Origin: an uncultured Candidatus Saccharibacteria bacterium
GTDB lineage: Bacteria > Patescibacteriota > Minisyncoccia > Phycocordibacterales > UBA918
DNA: 64,000 nt
Assembly: GCA_964399295.1 (NCBI GenBank)
Contig: CAYNQD010000001.1
Span: 271,672 to 335,671, forward strand
Direction of reading: 5' to 3'
Shown: piece by piece, positions 55,316-64,000 of the stretch
Position numbering within the stretch: the stretch's first letter is position 1
Layout: each line of letters begins with the position of its first letter
Program-made: the position numbers and the translations under genes
The notes under the pieces: generated by a model
Seen by the model: the letters and a program-made list of their open reading frames with translations, nothing else
Told to the model about the DNA's origin: nothing
The model's database searches: none

Positions 55316-56713
55316 TTAATTGATAATTGGCGGTAAAGTGGCGCAATTTAGCGCGCTAAAGGCATCTAGGTCATAACCGTCAGCCAAAGCTTCAAATGGC
55401 GCTCGGGGCGACACGTCTGTCAAACGCACATACTTTGCCCAAGACAATCCAGAACTCGCCAAATCTGCCTCTGCGTCACGGTCAATGCTGGAAGCCACCA
55501 AGTACCAATTTGTACCGTCTTGACTAACCTCAATTTTTACTTTCTCTACCGGATAGCTAGTACCACCTGTCACTTCCCAAGCTCGCAAATCATTGCCCGG
55601 CCCGTCAACAATATAACCATCACCAAATTCAACGATAATCCATCCGCCCTCAACTTCATTTACGTCAGGATTAAAACCAAGACTAAAGAAACTGCTTGAG
55701 ACTACCGGATTGTCAAACGCGGCTCCAGAACTCTGTGGAGCACCTAAAGCAAAGGCTGGGTTTGAGCGGTCAAGATCAATCGTCGTGCCGTTTTTTCGCA
55801 CTCCTTGAGAATAATCCACCACTTTAGTGGCGTAGGTTTGTTCTGGTGTACAGGTCAAATCCACTTTTTGACACATAAAGTTTTCATTGTGTCTGGCTTG
55901 CACGGCGTGAAAAGAAACATCAGCCGTCAAAGAATCAGTCTGGCTTTCATTACCCAGATGCGCTCCCGCACACTGGAAACCACCATCAGCCGGCTCGCCC
56001 GCAATAGTGTTTCCGTTGTTGTCACCAGCTGGATTTATAGCATCTCCAAAACCATCTTGTGGCAATGGCATTGGCGTGATGTCACCAAAGCACCAAGCCT
56101 TACCGATATAATAAGCAGTCGCACCTGTTACCGGCCCGCCCACATTACCTTCGTTCCAGATGTTAGATTGAGAATCAGCTAGCGTGATTGGGTATGGTTC
56201 GTTCAAGGACAAATTTCCGATTGCAGCCGGGCCGGAAATAACCATTTCGTCATCTTCCAGCACATTGTCGCCATCATCAGCCCACCAGATAAAATTGGTC
56301 AACATCGCCAATTCACCCTCGCCCACTCCGGGATTACCACAAGTACCGTCCACCAAAGATTCAGGCTCGGTACAGCCGTTGTCGTTGTTTGAAGTTAGGG
56401 TGATATCAGCGCACATGTAAGCGTCATTGGTGTCAACATGAATTGAAATTGTGTCCTCACCATAATCTCCTGGTTTAACATCATCAAAATTAAAAAACTT
56501 TTCAATGGTCAGATTCCGTTTTGTCCATGAAGTGACTTCACTAAAAACACCATTGTAATAACTTTCATTATCAATCAAAAGGTCAATCGCCCCCGCCGTA
56601 AATACGTTGGCCACCGAAGTCTCAACATCAGAAAAGAAAGCTTTGGTAGCACCAAAAGTCAACGCGCCCCCGACCACTATTATCATCGCCAAACTCAAAA
56701 AAATTCTTTGCAT
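55316..56713 (-). CDS. TasA/camelysin-like secreted protein with SipW-cognate-type signal peptide
   Basis: N-terminus IIVVGGALTFGATKAFFSDVETSVANVFTAGAIDLLI (compare B. subtilis TasA GGGTWAAFND..ATFASGTLDL). FNFDDVKPGDYG (compare TasA NLKPGD). Conserved QTDSLTADVSFHAVQARHNENFMC block. Confidence 0.75.
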   Translation of the reverse strand: MQRIFLSLAMIIVVGGALTFGATKAFFSDVETSVANVFTAGAIDLLIDNESYYNGVFSEVTSWTKRNLTIEKFFNFDDVKPGDYGEDTISIHVDTNDAYMCADITLTSNNDNGCTEPESLVDGTCGNPGVGEGELAMLTNFIWWADDGDNVLEDDEMVISGPAAIGNLSLNEPYPITLADSQSNIWNEGNVGGPVTGATAYYIGKAWCFGDITPMPLPQDGFGDAINPAGDNNGNTIAGEPADGGFQCAGAHLGNESQTDSLTADVSFHAVQARHNENFMCQKVDLTCTPEQTYATKVVDYSQGVRKNGTTIDLDRSNPAFALGAPQSSGAAFDNPVVSSSFFSLGFNPDVNEVEGGWIIVEFGDGYIVDGPGNDLRAWEVTGGTSYPVEKVKIEVSQDGTNWYLVASSIDRDAEADLASSGLSWAKYVRLTDVSPRAPFEALADGYDLDAFSALNCATLPPIIN

Positions 56714-56784
56714 AAGTAATAATTATTGTAATAAAATATGATAAATATATTGATAAACTAATCACGCTGATCCCCTTCAGCCCG

Positions 56785-56811
56785 CAGAGCGCGACCTACG
56801 GTCGCGCTCTG
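56785..56811. terminator. intergenic hairpin between first and second TasA-like genes (possible attenuator or partial terminator)
   Basis: cagagcgcgacc-tac-ggtcgcgctctg: 12-bp perfect GC-rich stem within the 139-bp gap. Confidence 0.35.
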
Positions 56812-56852
56812 AACGGCTAGAGAGAAACCACTAAAACACTCTTAATTAGTGT

Positions 56853-58097
56853 TTAGAAAACATCCACCTGGAAATCACTTGAATATCCACTTCCGATTGG
56901 ATGCCATACAGAGTTTAGAGCTGAAACTGGAAGGACTGCGTTTACAACACCATAACCACCGTCAGCAAGCCATAATTGAACAGCGAAAGCGTATGAAGTA
57001 CCAGTGAAGTAACTACTATCAACCGTAATAGTATATTCATCGGCAACTCCAGATGGGGTAGCTGTTATACCTAATGGAAGTGGTACATTAGCACCCCAGT
57101 TATCTCCACCGTTTGAGACATTAAATACACGATAAGTAAATGCTCCATTGTAGAATGAAACCTGAGCATCCTGCACTCCATTGTTTTCGTAATCAAGCAC
57201 AACAGCAAAGAAGTCGTTTGTTTCTGAAAGGTTTTTTGGCGTGTTAACCACAAACTTTACATCTCCACCACCATTCACAGAACGAGTTACTGAAAAATCA
57301 TTCCAGCCAGAGTCAAGAGTAATGAAGTCAACTGGCTGAGCATTTCCAGTACCGTTGTGTCCATTTGCCCATCCCCCATAGGCAGTATCGGTGTTTAGAG
57401 TACCGAAGTTTTGACCAACCTCCTCTTCATCACCATCGTTCAAACTAGAACAATCAAAGTTTGGATTGTGACGAGTCTGCACGGCGTAGAAACTAATATC
57501 AGCTGTCAATGAGTCAGTCTGAGCTAGATTGTAATTTGCCAATGGGTCTAATTCCAAGTTACTGCCATTGAAGACTCCAAAACCGTACTCAATAGTACTG
57601 CTGGTAGTAGCACCGGCAGCTACAACGCCCAGTTTCTGCCATTGACCGCTAATAGCGTCCAAAGTACCGGTAGCCGAACCGAACTTGAAGGACAAGAATT
57701 GTCCCAGTTCACCATCACCACCAGTCTCATCATCAGCAGCCGCTTCCGGGCCATTGATACCATTATCATTATTTTCCTTTTCTTCTACCAACACGCAAAC
57801 ATGGGCTTCGTTGGCACCGTTTTCCAATTCATAAATCACCTTGCCGTGGTCAAGCGGCTTTAGGTCAGCAAAAGCAAATGACAGGTTATTTCCTGTACTA
57901 CTGGCAGTAAACTGCACCTCTTCATCAGTCACGTTGACACCCTCATGGCTGATATTCTTGACCTCCAAGGTCACTGAACCAGCCGTGAAGATGTTGCCGG
58001 TTGAGGTTTCTGTATCGCTAAAGAAAGCACCGGTACCGCCAATCACCAAAGCGCCGGCAAAGACGATGACTCCCAAGCTTTTAATAATTTTATTCAT
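56853..58097 (-). CDS. TasA/camelysin-like secreted protein with SipW-cognate-type signal peptide (first gene of cluster)
   Basis: N-terminus VIVFAGALVIGGTGAFFSDTETSTGNIFTAGSVTLEV. FAFADLKPLDHG. AQTDSLTADISFYAVQTRHNPNFDC. Preceded by a 428-bp leader/promoter region. Confidence 0.75.
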   Translation of the reverse strand: MNKIIKSLGVIVFAGALVIGGTGAFFSDTETSTGNIFTAGSVTLEVKNISHEGVNVTDEEVQFTASSTGNNLSFAFADLKPLDHGKVIYELENGANEAHVCVLVEEKENNDNGINGPEAAADDETGGDGELGQFLSFKFGSATGTLDAISGQWQKLGVVAAGATTSSTIEYGFGVFNGSNLELDPLANYNLAQTDSLTADISFYAVQTRHNPNFDCSSLNDGDEEEVGQNFGTLNTDTAYGGWANGHNGTGNAQPVDFITLDSGWNDFSVTRSVNGGGDVKFVVNTPKNLSETNDFFAVVLDYENNGVQDAQVSFYNGAFTYRVFNVSNGGDNWGANVPLPLGITATPSGVADEYTITVDSSYFTGTSYAFAVQLWLADGGYGVVNAVLPVSALNSVWHPIGSGYSSDFQVDVF

Positions 58098-58228
58098 AAA
58101 GTAATAGCTAAATAGTTACGTTGATAATTCCCCCACATTTAATAAATTCCTTAAAACGAGAAGTAAAAAAGTTAATTTTTACAATTTTACCTCTCCATGA
58201 GGATATTTTAGTGTGGTCTGCCATAAAA

Positions 58229-58273
58229 TGATACAGCTGCCAATTGGCCCGAAAATGGCGAAGCCATTTTCGG
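58229..58273. terminator. long perfect hairpin (20-bp stem, 3-nt loop) downstream of the desaturase gene
   Basis: gccaattggcccgaaaatggc-gaa-gccattttcgggccaattggg. Separates the desaturase from the TasA-like cluster promoter region. Confidence 0.5.
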
Positions 58274-58525
58274 GCCAATTGGGGATAAGTTAGTTAAAAA
58301 CCTTGAAAAACAACATAATTATTATCCACAGCCCCTGTGCAAAACCATTGTAAAAAGTCTGTATAAAGCTGGTATAAGTGGTTGGTAAAGTAAAAAAACC
58401 AAAAATACAACACGGGTTTTGTAGATAGGAAATACCCAACATCTTGAATCCCTAAAATATTATCCCTTGCTGTTCACACTAAAAAAGCCGGTCAAGCAAG
58501 CTTGACCGGCATAAAATCCCAACAT

Positions 58526-59587
58526 CTATCTCCCCGGCTCGTCAACTTCGTGTAATTGCCAAAACCAAAGAGCGAACCCACCGATTTCGTTGTCATCATG
58601 TTCATACAACGCCTTCGTAACCCAAACCCCGAGCTCAAAATACGTCGCTTCTTCTGGATGTTCAAGCCAGTAGCTAAAATGCTCCACCAGTTCGGTGTGC
58701 ACATCCGCTTCTGCAACGGCTTTATTAAATTTAGCTTTAATAAAAAACAAATGTCTTTTAAAAAGCCGCATCCACTCTTCCCCGCCAAGAACACATACTC
58801 CGGACAAAGATACCGGTAATTTTGCCAACTTCTTCTCATTGACCTCAGCCAAGCCTAAGTCTTTGAGGAGACAAATATACCCCCAACCGATATCAACTTC
58901 CCACTTTTTAAGGGAAGTTTTTGGTGAAGTCTGGTAGGCGTGGTGATTGTTGTGCAACTCTTCCCCGCCAATCAATATCCCTAGAGGGAAAATGTTGCGA
59001 GAAGCGTCGGGAGTTTCGGTATTACGATAACCCCAATAATGCCCAATACCATTGATGACACCAGCCGCCCAGATTGGTATCCAGTAGGCTTGTATACCAA
59101 AAATTATGAGGCCAGGCAAACCTAGAATCAGCGTTTGCAACACCCCCAAAATCACCAAACCCAGCCACGGATGTTTGGAGTAGAGATTGCGCTCCACCCA
59201 ATCATCAGGCAAACCGGCCGCGTATTTGCCCTGCACGTAGGACAAAATATCATCCTGCTTCAAGGCTTCTTTATAAAGCCTGGCCCCATGAGTTAGTAAC
59301 TTCATGATACCAAGCTGCTGCGGACTATGCGGGTCATCGACAGTTTCACAATTGGCGTGATGTTTGCGATGCACCGCCACCCATTCATGCGTTTTCATGC
59401 CGGTTGTTAGCCAAAGCCAAAACCGGAAGAAATGTTGCACTCCTGGATGAAAATCCACCGAGCCATGGGTCTTTGATCGGTGAAGATACAAAGTCACCGA
59501 TACAATGGTGATATGTGTTAAAATAAGGGCAATCAACACATACCACCACACTGAAATTTGTCCCACTAAACCAAACAATGTTTCCAT
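58526..59587 (-). CDS. membrane fatty-acid desaturase (Delta9 acyl-CoA/acyl-lipid desaturase family)
   Basis: Three His boxes in SCD/DesC arrangement: HRSKTH, HRKHH, HNNHH. 4 TM helices. Confidence 0.85.
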   Translation of the reverse strand: METLFGLVGQISVWWYVLIALILTHITIVSVTLYLHRSKTHGSVDFHPGVQHFFRFWLWLTTGMKTHEWVAVHRKHHANCETVDDPHSPQQLGIMKLLTHGARLYKEALKQDDILSYVQGKYAAGLPDDWVERNLYSKHPWLGLVILGVLQTLILGLPGLIIFGIQAYWIPIWAAGVINGIGHYWGYRNTETPDASRNIFPLGILIGGEELHNNHHAYQTSPKTSLKKWEVDIGWGYICLLKDLGLAEVNEKKLAKLPVSLSGVCVLGGEEWMRLFKRHLFFIKAKFNKAVAEADVHTELVEHFSYWLEHPEEATYFELGVWVTKALYEHDDNEIGGFALWFWQLHEVDEPGR

Positions 59588-59702
59588 GATAACCTCCGTC
59601 GTTATAAATGAACAAAAACCCGAAAGAACAACTTTCAGTTTTTATACTAACACAAATTTGACAAATGCCTATATTACAGGCCAAACTTCAACAACAGCGA
59701 TG

Positions 59703-60773
59703 CTACTGAGCTTTTTCCCAAAACTTTTCAATCTCAGCAACGGAAAAAACATCTTCCAAAAGCTCAAAAAACAACTTTTGCTTGACGTTCGCGGATAAAA
59801 ACTTTCCCGGCCCGCCGGCAATTTTTCCGCTCCTTTTCCATTCCAGATTTAGCTCATGAGTATCTTCAATCGGAAAAATCACCAACGCAATATGCTTGAT
59901 GTGTTCTTCATTGTCTCTCTGCAAAACCTCCTCCGTGCGACGAATTTGTTTTTCTTTGTGCTGTCTTTTCGCGTCGTTGAGGGAATATTGTATGGCCACA
60001 TCAGATTGCGCCGCCGCCTCCACATCCACTCCGACAGCCTCCTGTTTTTTATGAATAACAAAATCCATTTTTAGTTCAACATCCTGCTGCACATCAGACA
60101 CCCTGATTTCAAAAGGTAAATCCTTATCAATGGAAAGCTGGCGCAAAAAATTCCTCACCACTGTTTCAGCAATAAAACCAGCCTGGCCGTGAGCGGAGTC
60201 ATGATTTTCTCGTTTGTCCTTTATAACTTGGTAAGTGTCCTTTAGAATATCGGCGGTTTCATCACTACCAATTTCGCTTTCCAATATCTGCCTATCCAAA
60301 AGAGAACGCAGCTGATTTTTTGCCCTTTCCACCAAATACATCTTGAGGTGATGACGTGGCGTGGTGGCGGTATCAAGCTGGTATTCAATATCCCAATCCA
60401 AGTCGGTGATAATTTCCCCAAGCGTCCCTTCATTTTTCTGCCCTCTTTCATTTTCATAAACAAAGCTACCGGCAACATCGTCGTAGCTGGCCAGACGTGC
60501 GCCGGCAATTTCTTCTAGTTTGCATTCCGGGTCATCGAGACAAATCAAACTCTCTCGCAACCGATTCATTATTTTGAGCTTCTTGCGTTGTATCTCCAGA
60601 ATTTTTTTCTGCGTTTCAATTGAGGTTTCCTGATTTTCCGCTGTTGTATTTAGACGATTTGCCAACTCAGTATACACTTCCTGAATATCATCAAGTCCAG
60701 ACTTAATTTTATCCTGTCTTATCTTTTCAATCTCATTAACAGACCGCAAATCTGATTCAAAACCTTTTTGCAT
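59703..60773 (-). CDS. hypothetical cytoplasmic coiled-coil protein (356 aa)
   Basis: N-terminal K/E/Q-rich heptad region (IEKIRQDKIKSGLDDIQEVYTELANRL...QKKILEIQRKKLKIMNRL). No TM or signal. No recognisable family. Confidence 0.45.
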   Translation of the reverse strand: MQKGFESDLRSVNEIEKIRQDKIKSGLDDIQEVYTELANRLNTTAENQETSIETQKKILEIQRKKLKIMNRLRESLICLDDPECKLEEIAGARLASYDDVAGSFVYENERGQKNEGTLGEIITDLDWDIEYQLDTATTPRHHLKMYLVERAKNQLRSLLDRQILESEIGSDETADILKDTYQVIKDKRENHDSAHGQAGFIAETVVRNFLRQLSIDKDLPFEIRVSDVQQDVELKMDFVIHKKQEAVGVDVEAAAQSDVAIQYSLNDAKRQHKEKQIRRTEEVLQRDNEEHIKHIALVIFPIEDTHELNLEWKRSGKIAGGPGKFLSANVKQKLFFELLEDVFSVAEIEKFWEKAQ

Positions 60774-61087
60774 ATTACGCTTTATTATACACGCTTAAAG
60801 TCTTTTATAAAGAAAAACAGCGCGGAATAAGTCCCCGCGCTGTTGGCAAGCAATACGATTATGATGTCATGCGCTCAAGAAAACTAAGCGCATGCAAGGT
60901 AATCGCAATTGAAATTATAGTTAAAATAATTGCGATGACCCATTTTGTAAAATCCATCTTTTCCCCCAAAAAATAACTAAAAAAACAAAAACTGCCTCCT
61001 CACCACTAAATAGCTTAAAGAGGCCTACCAACTTGCAATTATAACACAAAATCCAAATATTTAGAAATTTGTTTAATGTTCTATATT

Positions 61088-61177
61088 TGGCGGAGAGAGG
61101 GGGATTCGAACCCCCGATACGCTTACACGTATACACGCTTTCCAAGCGTGCGCCTTCAGCCGCTCAGCCATCTCTCC
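61088..61177 (-). tRNA. tRNA-Ser (anticodon GGA), CCA encoded
   Basis: Reverse complement GGAGAGATGGCTGAGCGG...: anticodon stem CACGC/GCGTG with loop UU-GGA-AA, long variable arm, T-arm GGTTCGAATCC, discriminator G, then CCA. Confidence 0.85.
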
Positions 61178-61222
61178 ATAATTTGTTTTTTACTTATACT
61201 TACTTGCGCCCAATTCCCCAAC

Positions 61223-62119
61223 CTACTTATCCATCTGGCGCAAGATATTTATTCTATCAGCGGCCGGCGGATGAGTGGCGAATAGGGCGTTTAATTTTTG
61301 GCCAAAAGAACGTTTTTTCTCGTTGCCAAAAGGATCGGAGATGAATAAATGAGCGGTGGCGTGAGAAGCTTTTCGCATGGGCGTGGCGTGAGCGGAAATT
61401 TTTTCTAAAGCTGAAGCCAGTCCCTCAGGATAACGAGTCAAAAGCGCGGCTGACGCATCTGCCAAATATTCTCGTTTGCGGGAAATGGCCATTTGTATCA
61501 TTTTGGCGGCCAAAGGAGCTAGAATAATACCCACAATTCCGATAATTAGAAAAGCAGGGTGACGGTCTCGACTATTGCCACCATAGATAAGAGTGCGAGA
61601 AAAGAAGTCGGCCAATATCGCTACAAACCCCGCCAACACCACCGCCACCGTCATCACCAACATATCGCGATTACCAACATGAGAAAGCTCATGCGCCATT
61701 ACTCCCTCCAGCTCATTTCTATCCAAAATCTGCAAAAGTCCGGTCGTCGCGGCTACCACGGCATGTTCTGGATCGCGACCGGTAGCAAAAGCATTTGGCA
61801 CCGGATCATCCACAATATAGACCTTAGGCATAGGCAAACCAGCAGTAATAGACAAATTTTCTACGATATTATAAAGCTCTGGAGCCTGTTCTTTGCTGAT
61901 AGGCTTGGCGTTGGTCATTTTTAAGACTAATTTGTCGGAAAACCAATAACTGCCGACATTCATCAGCAGAGCAAAAATAATCGCCACATACAATATGCCC
62001 GGTGAATTTAAATACCAGCTGACAGCATAGCCAACAGCAATAACCACGACCAAAAATATCGTCATTAAAAACCAAGTTTTACGCAGATTGCTGTCTTGTT
62101 GGGTGTATATGGTTGCCAT
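61223..62119 (-). CDS. htpX: zinc metalloprotease HtpX (M48 family)
   Basis: HEXXH in GVMAHELSHVGNRDML. 4 TM helices. HtpX-typical N-terminus and C-terminal ...ATHPPAADRI. Confidence 0.9.
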   Translation of the reverse strand: MATIYTQQDSNLRKTWFLMTIFLVVVIAVGYAVSWYLNSPGILYVAIIFALLMNVGSYWFSDKLVLKMTNAKPISKEQAPELYNIVENLSITAGLPMPKVYIVDDPVPNAFATGRDPEHAVVAATTGLLQILDRNELEGVMAHELSHVGNRDMLVMTVAVVLAGFVAILADFFSRTLIYGGNSRDRHPAFLIIGIVGIILAPLAAKMIQMAISRKREYLADASAALLTRYPEGLASALEKISAHATPMRKASHATAHLFISDPFGNEKKRSFGQKLNALFATHPPAADRINILRQMDK

Positions 62120-62141
62120 ATTCTTTTTTGTTGTTCTTTCT

Positions 62142-62525
62142 TTAGATTGGGATTCCTTGCGGGCTTTCAGCGGTTTGATAGCTCACATCTTCAGACCATC
62201 TCAGGAAATAACGATGCTTATATCCGCCTTTCTTTAGATAATTTTCTTCCTTTACTTTCTTGACATCTTCCGCCTTAATATCAAGCTGTTGCATGATGGT
62301 ATTTAGAACCAGCATTAAATCAATATATTCATCCAAAAACTGTTCTTTCGTTCGTGCCATGACCAAAGAAGAAGCTTCTTCTTTGATTTTTTTGAATAAT
62401 TCTTGCTGAAACTCCTGCACATCGGTAATCTGTACAATCTCACAGTTTTTACGCTTAGCTCGTATCATGTCCGGAATATTGTCACGAACCAATTTGTTGT
62501 AGTAAACACGAGTGACTTGTGACAT
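62142..62525 (-). CDS. MazG-like nucleotide pyrophosphohydrolase domain protein
   Basis: N-terminal YNKLVRDNIPDMI matches the KLVRDKIPEI start of MazG/HisE-type all-alpha NTP pyrophosphohydrolases. EE.E acidic cluster (KIKEEASSL..EQFLDEYIDL). Confidence 0.55.
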   Translation of the reverse strand: MSQVTRVYYNKLVRDNIPDMIRAKRKNCEIVQITDVQEFQQELFKKIKEEASSLVMARTKEQFLDEYIDLMLVLNTIMQQLDIKAEDVKKVKEENYLKKGGYKHRYFLRWSEDVSYQTAESPQGIPI

Positions 62526-62530
62526 GAAAT

Positions 62531-63109
62531 TTAGAATGAAACTTTAACTGGCTCCTTCTCCACGCTTCCCTCTTCCAGTTCAAAATATTGCTCTTCTTTG
62601 AAGCTAAAAGCATTTCCAACGACATTTGAAGGAAATTGCTGCAAAGCAATCTTCAGGTCGCGGACGTTGCCGTTGTAAAAGCGACGAGCGGCTTGGATTT
62701 TGTTTTCGGTGTCGGTTAGTTCACTTTGGAGTTGAGCAAAATTTTGATTGGCTTTCAAATCCGGATAAGCTTCGGCTACGGCCAATAATTTACCCAATGA
62801 AGCCCCCAAAGCTGATTCAGCACCAGCCATGGCGGTAATTTGTTCGGCAGTTATATTGGTCGGATCAACATGCACTTGCGTGGCCTTGGCTCTGGCGGCT
62901 GTCACTTCCTCAAATACCCCTCGCTCATGAGCCGCGTAACCTTTTACTGTCTCAATCAAATTTGGAATCAGGTCATAACGACGTTTTAATTGTACGTCAA
63001 TATCCGCCCAAGCTTCCTTAGTGCGTTGCACTAGGGCAACAAAATGGTTGTATGCATAAATAACATAAAGTACCAAAACGACAACTACTCCAACTAAAAT
63101 CCATCCCAT
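62531..63109 (-). CDS. lemA: LemA family protein
   Basis: N-terminal TM, then LemA-typical KEAWADIDVQLKRRYDLIPNL and RRFYNGNVRDLK. Confidence 0.85.
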   Translation of the reverse strand: MGWILVGVVVVLVLYVIYAYNHFVALVQRTKEAWADIDVQLKRRYDLIPNLIETVKGYAAHERGVFEEVTAARAKATQVHVDPTNITAEQITAMAGAESALGASLGKLLAVAEAYPDLKANQNFAQLQSELTDTENKIQAARRFYNGNVRDLKIALQQFPSNVVGNAFSFKEEQYFELEEGSVEKEPVKVSF

Positions 63110-63183
63110 AAATAATTTGTCTTAAAAATTTTTAATTAATTTGATTATAACACAAGACCAAAAGCATTTCTATTGTTTTGTCC

Positions 63184-63247
63184 GTGAATTGAGGATGAAA
63201 AAGAGCGGCGGCCTTTAGGCCGCCGCTCTTTTTCATCCTCAATTCAC
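63184..63247. terminator. bidirectional rho-independent terminator with 30-bp perfect stem, downstream of groEL
   Basis: gtgaattgaggatgaaaaagagcggcggcc-ttta-ggccgccgctctttttcatcctcaattcac. GC-rich inner stem followed by TTTTT on both strands. 5 bp from the groEL stop. Confidence 0.65.
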
Positions 63248-63251
63248 CCTC

Positions 63252-64000
63252 CTAATACATCCCTCCACCCATGCCGCCCATATCAGGCATAGATGATTTT
63301 TCTGGCTCCGGCTCATCAGCAATAGCGCACTCGCTGGTAAGCAAGATAGCCGCCGCCGAAACCGCGTGCTGTACACAAGCTCGCTCCACCTTTACCGGAT
63401 CAATAATTCCAGCTTTTATCATGTCGTCAACCATCTCACCTTTAGCCGCGTCAAAACCAGCATTTCCGCCAGCTTCTTTAACTTTCTGCACAATTACCGC
63501 GCCATCAATTTTGCCGGTATTGTCGGCAATCTGCTTGAGCGGCATTTCCAAAGCCTTTAGAACGATGTTGTAGCCAATCAGTTCCTCCTTTTCGAGTTTC
63601 TTCTTGGATAAAATATCTTTTTCCACGATAGAAGCCGCACGCGCCAAAGAAGTACCACCGCCAGGAACAATTCCTTCTTCAATAGCCGCCTTGGTGGCGT
63701 TTACCGCGTCTTCGATCTTGAGTTTTAAATATTTCATCTCGGTTTCGGTAGCAGCACCTACTTTTATCACCGCCACGCCGCCAGATAATTTAGCGATTCT
63801 TTCTTCCAATTTTTCCCGATCAAATTTGGAAGAAGTGCTTTCGAGCTGAGACTTGAGAGCCTTCACTCTGTCTTCTATAGCCTTCTTTTCGCCCGCTCCG
63901 CCGACAATCACAGTGCTATCCTTGGTGGATACCACCCGATCGGCCTTTCCTAGCTGTGACAAATCTGTATTCTCCAGCTTTAAGCCAATATCTTCAGAAA
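63252..64000 (-). CDS. groEL: chaperonin GroEL, C-terminal portion (gene continues beyond the window edge)
   Basis: Equatorial and C-terminal GroEL sequence (...IVPGGGTSLARA...DAAKGEMVDDMIKAGIIDPVKV...) ending in the GGM repeat tail MGGMGGGMY. The ORF is open to the window end. Confidence 0.9.
   Translation of the reverse strand, partial: SEDIGLKLENTDLSQLGKADRVVSTKDSTVIVGGAGEKKAIEDRVKALKSQLESTSSKFDREKLEERIAKLSGGVAVIKVGAATETEMKYLKLKIEDAVNATKAAIEEGIVPGGGTSLARAASIVEKDILSKKKLEKEELIGYNIVLKALEMPLKQIADNTGKIDGAVIVQKVKEAGGNAGFDAAKGEMVDDMIKAGIIDPVKVERACVQHAVSAAAILLTSECAIADEPEPEKSSMPDMGGMGGGMY

Noticed and set aside
60921-61344. ORFs 60921..61145 (-) and 61069..61344 (+) around tRNA-Ser
   Set aside because: Both overlap the tRNA-Ser gene and the htpX 3' end. 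They have no coding signatures.

Overview
This 64 kb window comes from an AT-rich (roughly 40-45% GC) bacterial chromosome. It is compact, and about 56 of the ~60 protein genes lie on the minus strand. The gene content (many signal-peptide and TM-anchored hypothetical proteins, giant surface proteins, a short UvrC) resembles an uncultivated small-genome lineage such as Patescibacteria/CPR, but that is only an inference. I found no CRISPR arrays, transposases or IS elements. The most interesting locus is at 52.7-58.1 kb. It holds three tandem paralogs of TasA/camelysin-like proteins with SipW-cognate-type signal peptides, followed by an ER/archaeal-type (SipW-like) signal peptidase. That peptidase carries a long C-terminal extension which itself contains an internal sequence resembling the cognate signal motif.

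Recognisable housekeeping genes:
- glmS, ddl, uvrB/uvrA/uvrC (clustered, with an inserted orphan response regulator), tgt, typA/bipA, htpX, lemA, the C-terminal part of groEL, hsp20, an FKBP isomerase, DsbA-like, Nudix, GIY-YIG, a pseudouridine synthase and an ECF sigma factor.
- tRNA-Ala(GGC), tRNA-Ala(UGC) and tRNA-Ser(GGA).

Accessory-looking content:
- An RND efflux pair (membrane-fusion protein plus AcrB-like permease) placed divergently from a membrane-anchored thermonuclease.
- A 1075-aa beta-helix surface protein with a C-terminal peptidoglycan-binding domain.
- A tandemly duplicated two-gene cassette, each copy a small single-TM protein plus a ~930-aa secreted multi-domain protein.
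- A four-gene exopolysaccharide-like operon: two GH18, a processive GT2 of the PgaC/IcaA type, and a CE4 deacetylase.
- A Cys-repeat secreted protein next to an ECF sigma/anti-sigma pair.
- A PEP-CTERM-like protein with locally elevated GC.

Several very long perfect hairpins (20-30 bp stems) serve as intergenic terminators.
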